From Octopus vulgaris (lineage: Eukaryota), in the NCBI GenBank assembly GCA_951406725.2, contig OX597824.1, positions 65,906,001 through 65,970,000 on the forward strand: DNA of 64,000 nucleotides, read 5' to 3'. The translations under genes were made by a program, and so were the position numbers. The notes under the pieces were generated by a model. The model was not told the DNA's origin and did no database searches. It saw only the letters and a list, made by a program, of their open reading frames with translations. This document shows, one piece after another, positions 41,875-56,041 of this stretch (the first letter of the stretch is position 1; every line of letters begins with the position of its first letter).

Positions 41875-42690
41875 GGGAAGCTTTATGAAAATAGACAAAA
41901 GACGAAGGCAGGTGGAATACAAACAAACAATTGTATTAGTATGGCGCTCAGGAAATATAAATAAAACAAGTCTTTAACGTTTCGAGCCTACGCTCTTCAA
42001 CAGAAAGATACACAGAGAAAAAACACAGAAAGAAAGAGAGAAAAAAAATATGCGTGCAGAAGCTAGCGAATCAACATGGCGATCTGATTTCGGCCAGAAG
42101 TCAAAGATCAAACATGAGACACAATAGCGAAATTAGGGGAGATAATAGGGTTGAATGACCTCGCTCCAACATAAGAGTGTGTGTGTGTGTATGAGAAGAG
42201 TGTGTGTGTGTGTATGAGAGAGTATTAGTGCGTATGAGAGGTCTGGATGTGTGTATGTATATATGATGTGATGTGTAAAGTCGTATGGTGTAGTGTAGAG
42301 AGAGGGGAGGGGGAGAAGAGGAGGGGGAAGGGGAGAAGGAAGAAGAGGAGGGGGAGAGGGAAGGAGAGGAGGAGGGAGGATAGAGGGAGAGGGGGAAAGA
42401 GAGAGAGAAGGAGAGTGAGGGAGCAGATAGAAAGAGGGAAGGGGAAGAGGGAAGGAGAAAGAGGGAGGAAGGGAAGAGGAGTAGGGGTGAAAGGATGAAG
42501 GACTGAAGAGAAGTAGGGGTCGGGGGGAGGTTAGATGAGGAGGGGGGAGAGTTGAGACCAAATAGCGTATAAGAGCGAAGAGAGAAGATTAATTCCTGTT
42601 CACGGCGCAAACGGGAATCCAGATGGCCTCTGTGTAAGGACAAACCAAACACAGACAGGTGTTGCAAGGAGTGACCGGTGGAGCGATATA
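41872..42690 (-). mobile_element. 5'-truncated Penelope-like retroelement (GIY-YIG endonuclease C-terminus plus 3' tail with HHR)
   Basis: STGHSLQHLSVFGLSLHRGHLDSRLRREQELIFSLRSYTLFGLN matches the PLE GIY-YIG C-terminus (GH..R...E..I..L.....GLN); both ends lie in (TA)n. Confidence 0.8.
41972..42007 (-). ncRNA. Minimal type I hammerhead ribozyme motif (A6U variant) in the PLE tail
   Basis: Minus strand reads cttt-CTGTTGA-a-gagc-gtag-gctc-GAAA-cg-TT-aaag; stems I and II pair; ACGT palindrome as stem III. Confidence 0.7.
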
Positions 42691-43435
42691 TATAAAGTGT
42701 GTGTATACACATATACATAGGGCATGTAGTTATATAGATATTTATTCAATATATACACATACATTATGTACATTTTCAGTCAAAACATGAACCACACTAA
42801 CTCACTTGGTTATTTCTTTCTCGCACAATAAAAATATATACCTTTCTTTCCTAAACTAATAACAATATTTTCTTATCATATATGTGAGCTTGTGTGTATT
42901 ATGTGTGCACGTGTGTGTGTGTTACTGTCTCCTTGGTTTAACTTCACATGAAAGTTGGAAATGAGTGTCACCATCATACAAGTGGTGTCCTTTGTTTCCA
43001 ACCTCCTGTGAAAACATATCTGGTCACGGGAAAATATTATCTGACTTGGAAACAGGTGAGGATTGGTGACAGGAAGGGCATCCAGCTGTAGAAAACTCCA
43101 CTTCAGCAAATTCCATCCAACCCATGCAAGTATTGAAACATGGACAATGAAATGATGATGATGATGACGATACATGTTTTTGTTTTGCTTTATGCTTGCT
43201 AGCATGGGGATGAACATATTAAGACATTGTTTTACTATAGAATACCTTTCCTGTCACTAATCCTCACTTGCTTTTCATGTAAGAGAGCTCTTGTTCCACA
43301 TGTCTTTGAAAAGGTGACATGAGTGGATGATTTGTTGACAGGACAACTACAAACAACATTGGTTATAGTGAGAACCTTTTCTAGAGTGCAAATGCAAACA
43401 AATATATACAGATGCACAAATGAGCATTTATATGA

Positions 43436-43479
<44 letters not shown>

Positions 43480-44245
43480 GGCAAAGTAAAACAGCTGACT
43501 CAGAAGTCCTGAAAAAGGCTGGATGCACAAACATCCAATCACTCATCATATTTACTCAGATGCATGTTGCATATGGAAGATAATAGGATTCCATAGCTGT
43601 TGTCCGGCAGTGGGTTGTGCACTAGAAAGCATTCTCAGCACAAACTACATAAAATTACAAAAACTGCATAAAAGGCAACGTGAAGGAACTGCAAAATCAA
43701 TGTAAATAACTGGGAAGAACTGGCTTTTAGAAAGAACTTAGTGAAGGAATCATGTAAGGGAAGGCTGTAAAACTTTTGAAGAGGGTCACCTTGAGCATGA
43801 AAGCCTGAAACACTATCATCAGAAACACTATTATAAGAGGCTATCTTCAGAATCTCAATGAGGACATGAAGTACTGGATATGTGAAACATGTGGGTGTGT
43901 ACTCTTTCCAATTCTGGGCATGTCAGCCATCTGAGGTTCCATGACAGATAAACAGTATGCAATGTCCTCCCTCCTAAACTGGGTTATTTGACATGTGAAA
44001 AAGCTTGCAAGTTGATTTCAAGTCTGAAGAGACATATTGCGGTTCACAGTGATCATTTCTCACAAAGTGATCCAATCTATCCAGTTGAAGTTTCAAATTT
44101 TATCTGTTACTTACGTATCAAGCCATGCAGATCTGCATTGCGGGTGAACACTCATCTGAGAGGTTATTGATGGTAGATTAGAAATGGCATTGACAATAAG
44201 GAAGCTCAGAGAAATGGCAATCGTCTGTGAGGATGGAATAATTAC
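43480..44245 (+). mobile_element. Decayed RTE-clade LINE 3' portion with zinc-finger remnants
   Basis: DSEVLKKAGCTNIQSLI; WICETCG...HLRFH; CEKACKLISSLKRHIAVH; similar to 1222-1540. Confidence 0.65.
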
Positions 44246-45409
44246 TAGATTGGTAATTACATTGGTTGTTGAGTGTTAGTAGTGTTTGCATGTTCGGTGG
44301 ATGGAAATTTTCTTAGCTGGCGTTGCGTGTGTGTGTGTGTGCATGATCCCTTGATAGTAGGCTAAGTATTGCAATCATTGGGACACATCTTTTGGTAGAT
44401 TTTTTGACTTACCTCATAAATCTGGGGATTATTCCCAGTTTCTGCTGCATTAAGCAGGATTGGAAACACTTCTTTCTCCTTGCCTACAGCACTAATCTAT
44501 TATAGATGAACAGTATTGGTACAATTTGAGTACAAAGCTGCCCACTAGCAAGCTGCTATCAGTTCAGTGTCCAATACTTAAGATAAAATCAATTGCTTAA
44601 TCAATACTGAAATATCCACATTTGCAAAAACAAAGCCAAAATAACAACAACTACAACAGAGAGTGAGAGAGAGAGAGAGAGAGAAATAAAGGCAAAAATA
44701 CATTCAGATAAAACATTTAAAAGTTCATGTAAACAAATTTTTTCATATCCAATTATAGATGAACTGCTGGGATGTTAATATTAATGATTTTAGACATTTT
44801 AAGAAGCAGTTTGACACAGTAACAGAGAAATAGGTCAACTGATGAGATTCAGACCACATATATTGGCAGGTGACCACGTTACTGACAGTACTGCAGAGGT
44901 CTTGTTATTCTTTCTCCTCAGATCACTCACTATAATTTGTTTCTGCTCTTTTATCTCTGCAAGATAATTTGTCCTTCACTTAGTGCTAGCCAAGAAAGAC
45001 AAATTTACTTAGTTGCTTGACCTGCTAGAAATAGTATTTAATTTGGTCCTCATATATTTTCTTGTAGGAAACGAAAGATGACGTGTATCGAGGGTATTGT
45101 AATCTTGGATACATTGTACCTTAAACAGGTTGGGAGATCATTGATGAAGGCTTTTGATTATAGATCTCATAGATTTGGGGTGATCTGGGGCTAAACAACA
45201 ATTACATTAAACATTAAACTACTGAGTTAAAATTGGTTGAGCAGAACTATTGCCATAGTTTAGCTTAGAGGTATTTACCATCAGTCATATTTACAGTTAT
45301 CTCTGTCTTGTTAGCATATCTAATCAAATATCAAGACAACTAGGGAGTCTTACTTCACTTAAGTCCTTTGCTCCTTATTGAGCATAAACCATCAACAATT
45401 TATCTTCTT

Positions 45410-45765
45410 CTTTTACTTGTTTCAATCATTAGACTGTGGCCATGCTGGGGCACTGTCTTGAAGAATTTTTAGTTGAACATATCAATCCCAGTACTTTTTT
45501 TTTTTTTCTTTAAAGCTTGGTACTTATTCTATCAATTTGTTTTGCTGAACTTCTAAGTTATGGGGACTTAACCACACCAGCACCAGTTGTCAAGTGGTGA
45601 GGGTGGAGAAACACATGACACAAAGACACATGGACATGTGTACACACACACACGATGAGCTTCTTTCAGTTTCCATCTACCAAATTCACTCACAAGGCTT
45701 TGGTTGGCCCAAGGTTATAGTAGAAGATACTTGCCCAAGGTGCCACACAGTGTGACTGAGACCCA
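45410..45765 (-). mobile_element. tRNA-derived SINE family A
   Basis: Reverse complement of the family A consensus. Confidence 0.8.
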
Positions 45766-46618
45766 AATCACTATTCTTAACACTGGCCTGTGTTTTTCCC
45801 TCCTTTATGCCTACTGGATCCCTGCTTTTTCAGGTCTATCTCAGTATCATGCCTCATATATATTCCCGAGGGATGGCCTTCCTCTCCTAGGTCTTGTTGT
45901 TTTGAATTGTCAATGATTTTTTTTTTACTTTGCTTGTTTTCAAGATAGAGGTGTTAGCTCTATGCAAACCCATTTTAACCTTTAGGAAAAGTGGGCCATA
46001 ATAGAGTCTGACCTCTGCCTTTGACCTATCTAGCATGAGAGGCACTACCAGGAACTTGCACTCTGTTGGCATAGCTCTGTATTACACAAGCCACCACTCT
46101 GCAAAGGTCTAGACCTTGTGGTGGTTGTAACCTCTCAGCATGCTAAAAATAGCTAAATTTCTTTCAGTTAAATCATACTTACTGTTTTAAAAAAATAGGA
46201 ATGATACATTGAATCATGTTGTCCTTGATATACCATTCCTGAAAAGATGATGAGGTGGTCACTTCTGGAAAGACTTTGGTCAGGGATAAACAACAAGTTG
46301 AAACTAAATATGGAATGTTGTTGAATAGTCATTGGACCAATATATATATATGTATATACATCTGTATATGTGTGTACATGTACATATGTGTGTGTGTGTA
46401 GATCTGTGTACATGTGTATGAATGTATATATTTTGTACAAAATGTATATATTCTCTGTATGTATATGTAATAAAATCTGAAATATCATGTATATTAAATT
46501 TATTCTCCTTTCTTCAGCTTTCTGATGGCTTTCATTAGTCTTAGTTTATATTTCTACAACAATCATTGAGACATGCTACAAATTTTTAATTTCTTTCATA
46601 CTCTTTCTATCTCCACAG

Positions 46619-46785
46619 GTAAATATTTCTCAAACTATAGTCTCAGTTATGAATAATACTTTCCCTAAAGTGGCACCAATCTCAGTTTCCTGTAAATTAC
46701 TAGAGAATGCTCTGCTTCAGGATGTTATTCTTCAGGATGTTACGATGAAGAAAACTGCAGGCACACAAAAGAAAGCCGGAACAAG
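46619..46785 (+). CDS. AFTPH: Aftiphilin coding exon 2 (167 nt, phase 0 to 2)
   Basis: Acceptor ctctttctatctccacag and donor gtaact; open frame VNISQTIVSVMNNTFPKVAPISVSCKLLENALLQDVILQDVTMKKTAGTQKKAGT; joins the flanking exons in frame. Confidence 0.75.
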
Positions 46786-47209
46786 GTAACTGTATTTTAG
46801 TGAACTTTCAATCTAGTGAAAGTTCAATCCATTTCAATCTAGTGAACTTTCAATCTATTTTTTCTTCTCCCCATTTGTCTCTCTCTGAAAGTAAAAAAAA
46901 ATGACTCTATTTGCAGATTTATAGCAGGAAATTTGCCAAATGTCTGCTTAATTATTTTATTTGGCACAGAAAGGGAAAAATATTGAGTTATTAAGCTTAA
47001 CGTACCATGATCCTGGTCCCTGAGACTTGATTTTGTGTTTACTTTACTGGAAATATATTGAATCCTAGAAAAAAAAAAGATTTAACTCTTACTGTCTGGT
47101 GCTCATATGGGAGTTCCTATATATTCTTTTGGTTTGCTCTATTAAATTCCCATTGCAAATGTTCTATTATCTTCAAAATATTTATTTATTTTCCAGTGTT
47201 AATTTATTT

Positions 47210-48490
47210 AGACAGCTGCTAGAATAAGAATAGGCTGGGCAAAGTTCAGAGAGCTGGTAACAAAGGGCTTCCCACTCAGAGTGAAAGGTAGACTGTATAA
47301 TGCCTGTGTGTGAACAGCCATGCTATACGGCAGTGAAACATGGGCTGTGACTGCTTAGGACATGCATAGACTGGAAAGAAATGAAGCTAGTATGCTTCGT
47401 TGGATGTGTAATGTCAGTGTGCATGCATGATAGTGTAAGTGTCCCGAGAGAAAAGTTGGACATAAGAAGCATCAAATGTGGTATGCAAGAGACACGACTG
47501 CACTCGTATGGTCATGTGATGCATATGGATGAGGACAGCTGTGTGAAGAAGTGTCACACCCTAACAATGGAGGGAACCTGTGGAAGAGGTAGATCCAGGA
47601 AGACATGGGATGAGGTGTGAAGCACAACCTTTGAATGTTGGGCCTCACAGAGGCAATGACAAGTGACCAAGACTGTTGGAAATATGCCATGCTTGAGAAG
47701 ACTCAACAAGCCTAGTGAGATCATAGTCATGGCCGATGTCAGTGTTGCATAACTGGCCTGTTTAAAAGGACCCTTCAGTCATCAGGCAATATGCTGTGCT
47801 TGTGAAGACCTGTTGAACCAAGTAAAAATGATGCCAATGCTGATGTCATGTAAAAAGTACCATTCGAGCATGGTCGATACCAGTGCCACCTGACTGGCAC
47901 CCATTCCTGTGGCACATAAAATGCACCAGTCAAGTGTGGCTGATGCCAGTGCAGCCTGACTGTCACCTGTGCTGGTGGCACATAAAACATACTATTTGAG
48001 CATGGCCAGTGCCAGTGCTGCCTGACTGGCGCCAATGCTTGTGGAATGTAAAGTGCACTATTTGAGCATGGCCGATACCAGTGCCACCTGACTGGCATCC
48101 ATGCTGGTGGCATGTAAATCGCTCTATTTGGGCATGGCTAATGCCAGCGCCACCTGACTGGCACCTGTACCTGTGGCATGTAAAAAGCACTATTCAAGCA
48201 TGGCCAATGCCAGTACTGCTTGACTGGTATCTGTGCTGGTGACATGTAAAAAGCCCCATTCAAGTGTGGCTGATGCCAGTGCTGCCTGACTGGCACCCGT
48301 GCTGGTGGCACATAAAAAGCACCCACTACACTCTTGGAATGGTTGGCATTAGGAAGGGCATCCAGCTGTAGAAACTTTGCTAAATTAGATTGGGGCATGG
48401 TGCAGCCTCCTAGCTTACCAGTTATTAGTTAAAGCGTCCAACCCATGCCAGCATGGAAAGCAGATGTTAAACAACGATGACAATGATAAT
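47210..48490 (+). mobile_element. RTE-clade LINE 3' portion: ORF end plus long tandem-repeat 3' UTR and (gat)n tail
   Basis: AARIRIGWAKFRELVTKGFPLRVKGRLYNACV*TAMLYGSETWA...GHVMHMDEDS...GRGRSRKTW; continues into family B sequence. Confidence 0.85.
47830..48320 (+). repeat. About 8 tandem units of about 60 bp in the RTE 3' UTR
   Basis: Unit approximately aaaagcactattcgagcatggccgatgccagtgccacctgactggcacccgtgctggtggcacat. Confidence 0.85.
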
Positions 48491-50094
48491 GAGACAATAT
48501 CAACATCATATATAGTTTTGGTGCATGACATTATCAATATTTTGCATCTGCTTTACCAGGCTTCCATGGGCTGGATCAGTTTTTATAGTCCAAGTCAGCC
48601 TTATTAAAAGTTACTATTCTCCTAGATAGATGTGAGATCATCTCTCAGTAACATTTCTTTACGTAGTTCCTATGGCTGGATGACCTTCATATTGTTAATC
48701 ACTTGACCAATTGTAATGAGATTATTTTATCAGGGAACCAGCACTAGTGAAGTTGTCTTGTCTCCAGCAAAACTAATGAGTCCTCTACCTTACATAGTCA
48801 CCATATGATCATTCCCTAGCAACAGAGAAGTTATCTTCCCTCCTGGCAAGACTATAGAGAGTACCCCCTTTCCTGCTTTGTCTCCATTTATTTTCACCCA
48901 CAGAACTTCATGGGAAGAGAGAAACAGAGTGATTGAAGTGGATGGATAATAGAAGAAAAAGTAGTGGGGAAGAGAGAGAGAGAGAGAATAATACACAGCT
49001 ATATGATAGTTCTTGTTAAGGAGATTGAATAGTAGCAATATTAAAAGTGATAGAAGCATGCCTGATTGTGAGAGAACCAGGCATGATGAGAGAGAACCAA
49101 ACTAAGAGGATGATAGAAAAGAGAGTTATAAAAGAAAACCAGAGTGATTTGAGCAAGACAGTGATAAGGGAGAGAGAGAGGAAAAGAGAGAGAAATTGTA
49201 TGTGTGCAAGTGAGATAGACAAATATATATATGTATATATGTATTGAGCTATATATAACAAAAGTGTATACTATAAAGCAGTATATGTTGTGTATATGAA
49301 AATGATGTGTGAGTGAAATATGTTTGAGTGTAAAAGATATGTTTGCACAATATAGGTCTGTGTGTTATTGTTTTGCTTTAAGTCAGCTACTTAAGCAGTC
49401 CTACAGTCAAAGGACACCCAAACCATAGATATCTCGACTTTTTGTATATCTAAAACTATATCATCTAATGTGCCATTCCCTTTTTAAGGCAAAGGTGTAG
49501 TTTGTAAAAGAATTTGATTGCATTTTTTTAGCTGATATTGCAACAATCACATAGAGGCTGTCTTATTTGTTCATATGTGTTTCCAATCCCTCTCTCTCTC
49601 TCTTGTATAAATGTAGTAATAGGGATTCAATGAATCAAACAGATCTCACATTAAGCTCTTTGCCAACTGCATAACTGACAAGAATCGCCATGGCAGAAGT
49701 TAGGGTAACCATAGCATCATTCTAAAAATCCAGGATGTACAATGGTGGAGAGAATGTATATAGATAGAGCATTCAAGAGAAGTGATGTGAGAAGGTAAAT
49801 GTTTTTCATATGTTTACAGCTGTTTCATAATCAGGTTATATATAATAGATGTTACATTGATATTAACACACATATAAAATATGCATATGCCTTTCTATGT
49901 ATGGGTTTACACACACATATATATTTATCTATATATGTGTATATATGCATATTTTGTTTGTGTTAATATTGATATATCATCCATTATTTAACAGTTGTAA
50001 ATATATGGAATAAATGTGTGTTACATCACTTCTCTTATCTGTTTGTGTGTGTGTATACATACATACATACATACACATATACATACACATATAC

Positions 50095-50155
<61 letters not shown>

Positions 50156-50562
50156 AGTTATCGAATTGGAGGGCACCAAGCACTCCTGATTGAGTTGCTG
50201 TCTCACAGACTTTGGCATATTTTCTGTTATTTTGTTTTAAACCAGTTATATTTAATGAGCTTTCTCCAGTCAAAGAGGACGAGGATCATAGTTTTTGATT
50301 TCGTTTCTTTTTTTCTCATTTTATTTTTTACACCAGCCTTTTTCACTGTTTTTCCACATATTTTTCTCATTTCCTTATTGTCCAGTGTTTTTGTTTTTAA
50401 AAATTATATATAATGCAAAAACAGAGCCTGAAAGATTGCTTTAAAATACATGGCATATTTTATAAATATATTATATATCATAATAGCATGAAACTATTGG
50501 TTGTGTATTTAATTTGATATCTGTCTCTCTGACTGTCTGTCTTAGTCTATCTGTCTATCTTA

Positions 50563-50605
<43 letters not shown>

Positions 50606-50771
50606 CTTTCAGTCATTAGGCTAACACCCATGCTGGGGCACACTATCTCGACTCCAGTACTTACTTCTTTTTAGTCTGGTACTTATTCTGTCAACCTCTT
50701 ATGCCAAACTGCTAAGTTATAGGGCCATAAACAAGCCAGCACTAGTTGTCATGCAGTGGTGGGGCAGATAT

Positions 50772-50809
<38 letters not shown>

Positions 50810-51679
50810 GTATGATGGACTTTCACATAGTTTCTCTCTATTAAATGCCCAAAGTGCTGTGCAGTGGGACTAAACCCAAAGCCAATTGTTGTTGCAAAGC
50901 AAGCTTCTTAGCCACACAGCTTTACTTGTGCCTTATTAACCCTTATGTGACAATATTCAAGAATTTGGAAGTGACTTTGCCATTATTAAGATGATGTGTG
51001 GAATATAACTCAATGAAAAGTACCATCAAAATTATGATAAATGGCTTTAATTTGAATGTGAACTCTTGAAAACAAGAGGTTTTGTATAAGAGAACCAGAG
51101 ACATTCTCAGCCGGGTTGGCATCAAAAGAGTTTTTTTTTTTCTCTCTTCACATTTCTGCCAGCCATATTATCCTTTTACAATTTATTTATTTTTGTCTTT
51201 CTCCCCTTCTCGTACACTATAAATCTGTCTCCAGCCCCCTCACTGTCCTACTATCTCCTACTACTACTCATGTTGTCCTCTTTCTCTAATTCCACTAACC
51301 TCTTCAGCCTTCCTTTTTTTTTATGAGCAGACACACCAGTACAAACGCAATCAATAATTAAATATATATATTACAGGGTGTTGCTGTTGTAATGTAATTA
51401 CCCGGGGTTTTGATTTGATTTTTTGTTTTCAGTTGACCCTTCCTGCCCTCAACCAACACTGACTCTCTCCCACTACCATTGCCATAACCACCGCCATCAT
51501 ATCACATTGGAAAATGGCTTTCTCTCTTTACAATAGCAATGACTTCCAAATAATTGGTATTCTCTAATAGAATTTTTATGTGTAGAATTAGTTGGTTTTC
51601 TCAACCACAGAAATTTATAACAAGCATTTTGGTTGCATTTTCATTGATGAGTACAAACTAAACCAGCAATAACAACAGT

Positions 51680-51710
<31 letters not shown>

Positions 51711-52019
51711 TGTGTATGTGCATGTACATACATGTGTGTATTGAAATAAATAAATGAAACTGAAATGAAGATAAACCTTTACATTAAAATAAACAACAAT
51801 CAATTTATCAATTTTTAATTATCATTAGAAGTTCCTTTCTTTTTACATTTTTGCTGTTTCAATTTTATTGTTATTTTAATGTTTTTTTAGATAACATTTT
51901 ACTGGATATGATGTTTTTGTTTCCCTGGTCGTGTCCTATAAGACAGGTCGTTGTTGTTGTTATCATCATAACCATTCTTCAGTATTATAATTTTTATCAC
52001 TGCAACCATTGCCATGACC

Positions 52020-52275
52020 ACCTCTTGCATCACTACCACCACTGCTGCTGCTGTGCCTGCCACCACCACCACCACCGCTGGTCCCATCACCACCACCTCT
52101 GGTCCCACCACCACTGGTCCCATCACCACCACCACTGGTTCCATCACCACCACCTCTGGTCCCACCACCACTGATCTCACCACCACCACTGGTCCCACCA
52201 CCACTACTTCTCCCACCACCACTACTGCTCCCAACACCACCACTGTTCTCACCACCATTACTCTCACCACCAATA
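52020..52275. repeat. (ACC)n-based minisatellite with ggtccc interruptions
   Basis: Repeated accaccaccactggtccc units. Confidence 0.85.
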
Positions 52276-53454
52276 TCATTGTAACACCAAAGGAGCATCT
52301 ACAGCAGTCATGGGCAAACTGTGGCCTATGGGATTTTCTGAATAGCATGCCTAAGAGAAAGATACTTTGAATTCTTTTAGTAGTGCAACCTGCTTGATGA
52401 TGATTCATGTCTCATGCAGCCCGCTTCTCAAGGCGTTTGCTGTTGTCCAATGCCTGTTCTACATGATAACTAGAAAAAGCAGCCAATTTCCTCAAATTGC
52501 ACCCTACTGCCTTAAAACGGAAGGATACATCAATAAATGTTGTCCTAGATATACAAAATAACAGGAGCATCATGGGTGAAATACCTTAGATCAGAAGGTC
52601 TGCTGAATGAGGGCTGACTCAGGGTTAGGGTTAATTGTATGAAAGACTTCATGAGAGCATAATAATTAAGCTGTTGTTGCTGCTGTTCTTGATGATGAGG
52701 ATTATGATGATAGTCACCTTCATCCTCCTCATCAACATCATCTTCATCACAGCCACTACTGCCGCCACCACCACCCACTACTACTATCACCACTACTACT
52801 ATCACCACTACCATCATCCACATTGTTTTTGTGCTTTCTTTTTGTGTGTTTTGTTTGGACAGTTGTTTTGTGGAAGGTTTGCATTACATGTAACTATCTT
52901 CCTCGTCTCCACCAACCCAATTCCCTTCGACACTCTGGCTACTTATCTATTGTGTACTAATTCTAATTAATATCATTAATGTCATACTGTTATTAATAGT
53001 TTCTCTCTCTGAGAGCAGAGCTCTAAGGGATGAGAGAATATGTGGCATGTGAGATGAGAGTTAGAAAAACTGCCAACAAGCATCCCCATCCTACCCCAGA
53101 AGGTTTTTGTAGCTAAAATTCTCTCTAGTAGGTAGTGATAATAACTAATTACTTAATGATTTCTTACATTGGCACAAAGCCGGTTATAAATTTGTAAGGG
53201 ATGGGTGTGTGTAGACAACTAAAGTATTTATTAAGAATATTTATTGGTATTTGTTACAGCAACCAGTGGTGGGATGAAAAGCATGTTTGATGAACCTTGC
53301 TGGTATTTGAGTTTAGCACATGGGAGGGTTAAAACTAAGTATTGTTATATTTGTGCTGATTTATTCTGAAGTCAACCTTGATCATGCAGACTTATGGTGA
53401 AAGATATTCAAGCCTTGGACATCTTGTCATTTTTTTGTTTGTTTTCAAAAATTG

Positions 53455-53840
53455 TTGGAGATGTGGTTGTGTGGTTGAAAAACTTGCTTTTCAACCACTC
53501 AGTCTTGGGTTCAGTCCCACAGCATAGCACTTTGAGTAGTGTTTTTTCACTGTAGCCTTGTGAGTGGATTTGGTAGTTGGAAACTGAAAGAAGCTTGTTG
53601 TATGTATATATGTATATATCTATATGTGTCTTTGTGTTGTGTTTGTCTCCCACCACTGCTTGATAACAGGTATTGGTTTGTTTATATCCACATAACTTAG
53701 TAGTTAGGCAAAAGAAACTGATAGGTGCCAGATTAAATAACAAAGTGAGTGTAAGTACTGGGGTCGAGTTGTTTGACTAAACCCTTTAAGATGGTACCCC
53801 AGCATGGCCCAATCCAATCACTGAAACAAGTAAAAGATAA
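53455..53840 (+). mobile_element. tRNA-derived SINE family A (older copy)
   Basis: Head gtggttgtgtggttgaaaaacttgc...gggttcagtccc and tail ctgaaacaagtaaaagat. Confidence 0.8.
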
Positions 53841-56041
53841 ATGATATGAGTTGGATTTGGTTGCTGTTTTTAACAGGACAAGTAACCACATATAGGTTCC
53901 TTCATTGGCTGGATTAGTATACTAAAAATTAAACGAAACATTGCTCTCTTGGCTGATTTTGGTACCTCAAATGCTTAACGTTGTAGAAATTTGAGATAAA
54001 CACTAGGTCATCAGATTGTGATGGGTGGGTCTAGAAAGGGACTATTGTTACATAGTTCTGTTGCTTGGGAAGTTCAAGGAGAGAGTTTCAATGCCTTATC
54101 CAGGATACTTTACCACAGCACAATTCTGGTCTTAAGATACAATCTCATGAGTCTGAATTATGGCTTTCTGCTGTTTGAAATTGAATCACAAGAAATTCAT
54201 GACGTAGGTTAAGAAAAAAACAAAAAAAAAAAAACAATGGATGGTAAATAGAGTTGTTGGAATTTGTTTTTCTAGGTGTGTATAAAATTCTTGTGTTGGA
54301 TTGGCAGAGTTGTTAAAGTATTGGAAGAATGCCTTGTGCTGCTTTTTCCTACATTCTTTGCTTCAAGTTAAAATGCTGCTGAGGTCAACTTTGTCTTTCA
54401 TCCTTTTGGGTTTGATTAATAATATGCCAGTTCTGGGTAGTGGGTTGGTGGAATGTTAGGGCATTGACTGAGATGACTTTTTGGTACTGTATTCTGAGTT
54501 CACATCGTACCTTCTATCACTAACAACAAAAATAGGAAAAATAATGATGAGCATTTGCTTAAGAAATTCTCAAGCACTTTTAGCTGATTACTTTCAATGT
54601 TAACACAGGAGAGGATGCAAAGGGACTTTCAAGCCCTCTACACTCAATGATAATTAAATAGAGAAACTATAAACAAAAAAGATATTTGTTAGAGTGCCAC
54701 TTCATGACACTGTCTATATTTACTCATCATTTGACACAATAGTCATTTTCTGATTTAACTGTGAAAGTCAAACAGTTGTAAACTCTTCAGTGTTTTCTGT
54801 AAAGAGAAAAATAGATCTCGTACAGAAAACTGAATCTGTAGACAACAATGATGCATTGATACTGCATGTATCAACAGTACAAAGATACAGTCAGTAAATA
54901 TACCAGCCCAGGGAAACACTCTTGCACTACTCCCTTCTCCCTTTAGATATGCACAAACAACGCATATCTAAAGCCCTCAAAATTACTTCAAATGTTAGAC
55001 TTCATGATCTCTTATCTCTCATAGCAATATCAAACACATGCATACATATGTATGTGTGTGTATGTGAAACATTACCAAAAATACACTTCAAGACCATGAT
55101 TTCTTTTGGGGTTCATAAAATACTGAATTGGTACCAATGTTTAAAGCAAGTTGTACATTGGAGTACTGCTCTCTTATTTGTGAATATGAACGCAGATGAA
55201 TATCTTAAACTGCATCTGTCTTGAGCCATTGAGATGAATGGTAAAATCTCACTAACCAGTACATTATAAGCAATGGATCATAGACAGATTGTTTCTTTTT
55301 TGTTTCTTCTACTGTAATTATGATAGCCATATCTTCACTGAAGCCTACACAGATGCACTCATATTTCTTCCTTTTACCATCTCTGATATGCCATACTGAG
55401 CAATTGCCCAGTAACTAAATGATCCCTTCCATGGAATTACATCCCTGCCCATAGTAAATCAATGAGGGAGCTTGTATAAGGTTGCTGAACCTACTGGAAA
55501 TAACAACCAATCTCCTTTTAGTTGCAACCTTTAGTCTTAAAGCAGTTAAAATGGATGGACACATTAGTGAAGATTTGTTCATTTCAAGTCTGTTTTTCCA
55601 TGCGTGCATGGGTTAGACTAATATGTTATTTGAGGAACATCTATTTTACAGCTGGATGCACTTCTTAATGCTAATCCTTACCAGTTTTTTTTAATATAAG
55701 GGATTACTTAAAGGCATCAAGAGTCTGGATGACATATTGACTGGAGAAATTGACAACACCCACCATTACACTTTTGTGCAAATAATTGCAGACACACACA
55801 GCCCTACATGCATGTGCATGTACACATATGCACATGCACACACAATGCATTTATGTAACACCTTGGGCAAGGTAATCCTTGATATATAAAAAGGCTAGAT
55901 GGTTATGACTACATTTTTCCCTAGGGAACTTTGAACCCCTCAACATTTTTCAACTCCTGAACAAAACATTTAATCATTTAATTATTATGCAATATATTTT
56001 TCTATATTTGATTTCAACTTTGAGCTCATCTTTTCTTTCAG

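Noticed and set aside
47830-48320. CRISPR-like array of palindromic repeats
   Set aside because: The whole unit repeats with no unique spacers, there are no cas genes, and it lies in a eukaryotic LINE 3' UTR
51851-52408. Thr-rich mucin-like, His-rich and Gly-rich ORFs
   Set aside because: Products of an (ACC)n minisatellite open in several frames; no splice sites found, and the AFTPH exons join in frame without it
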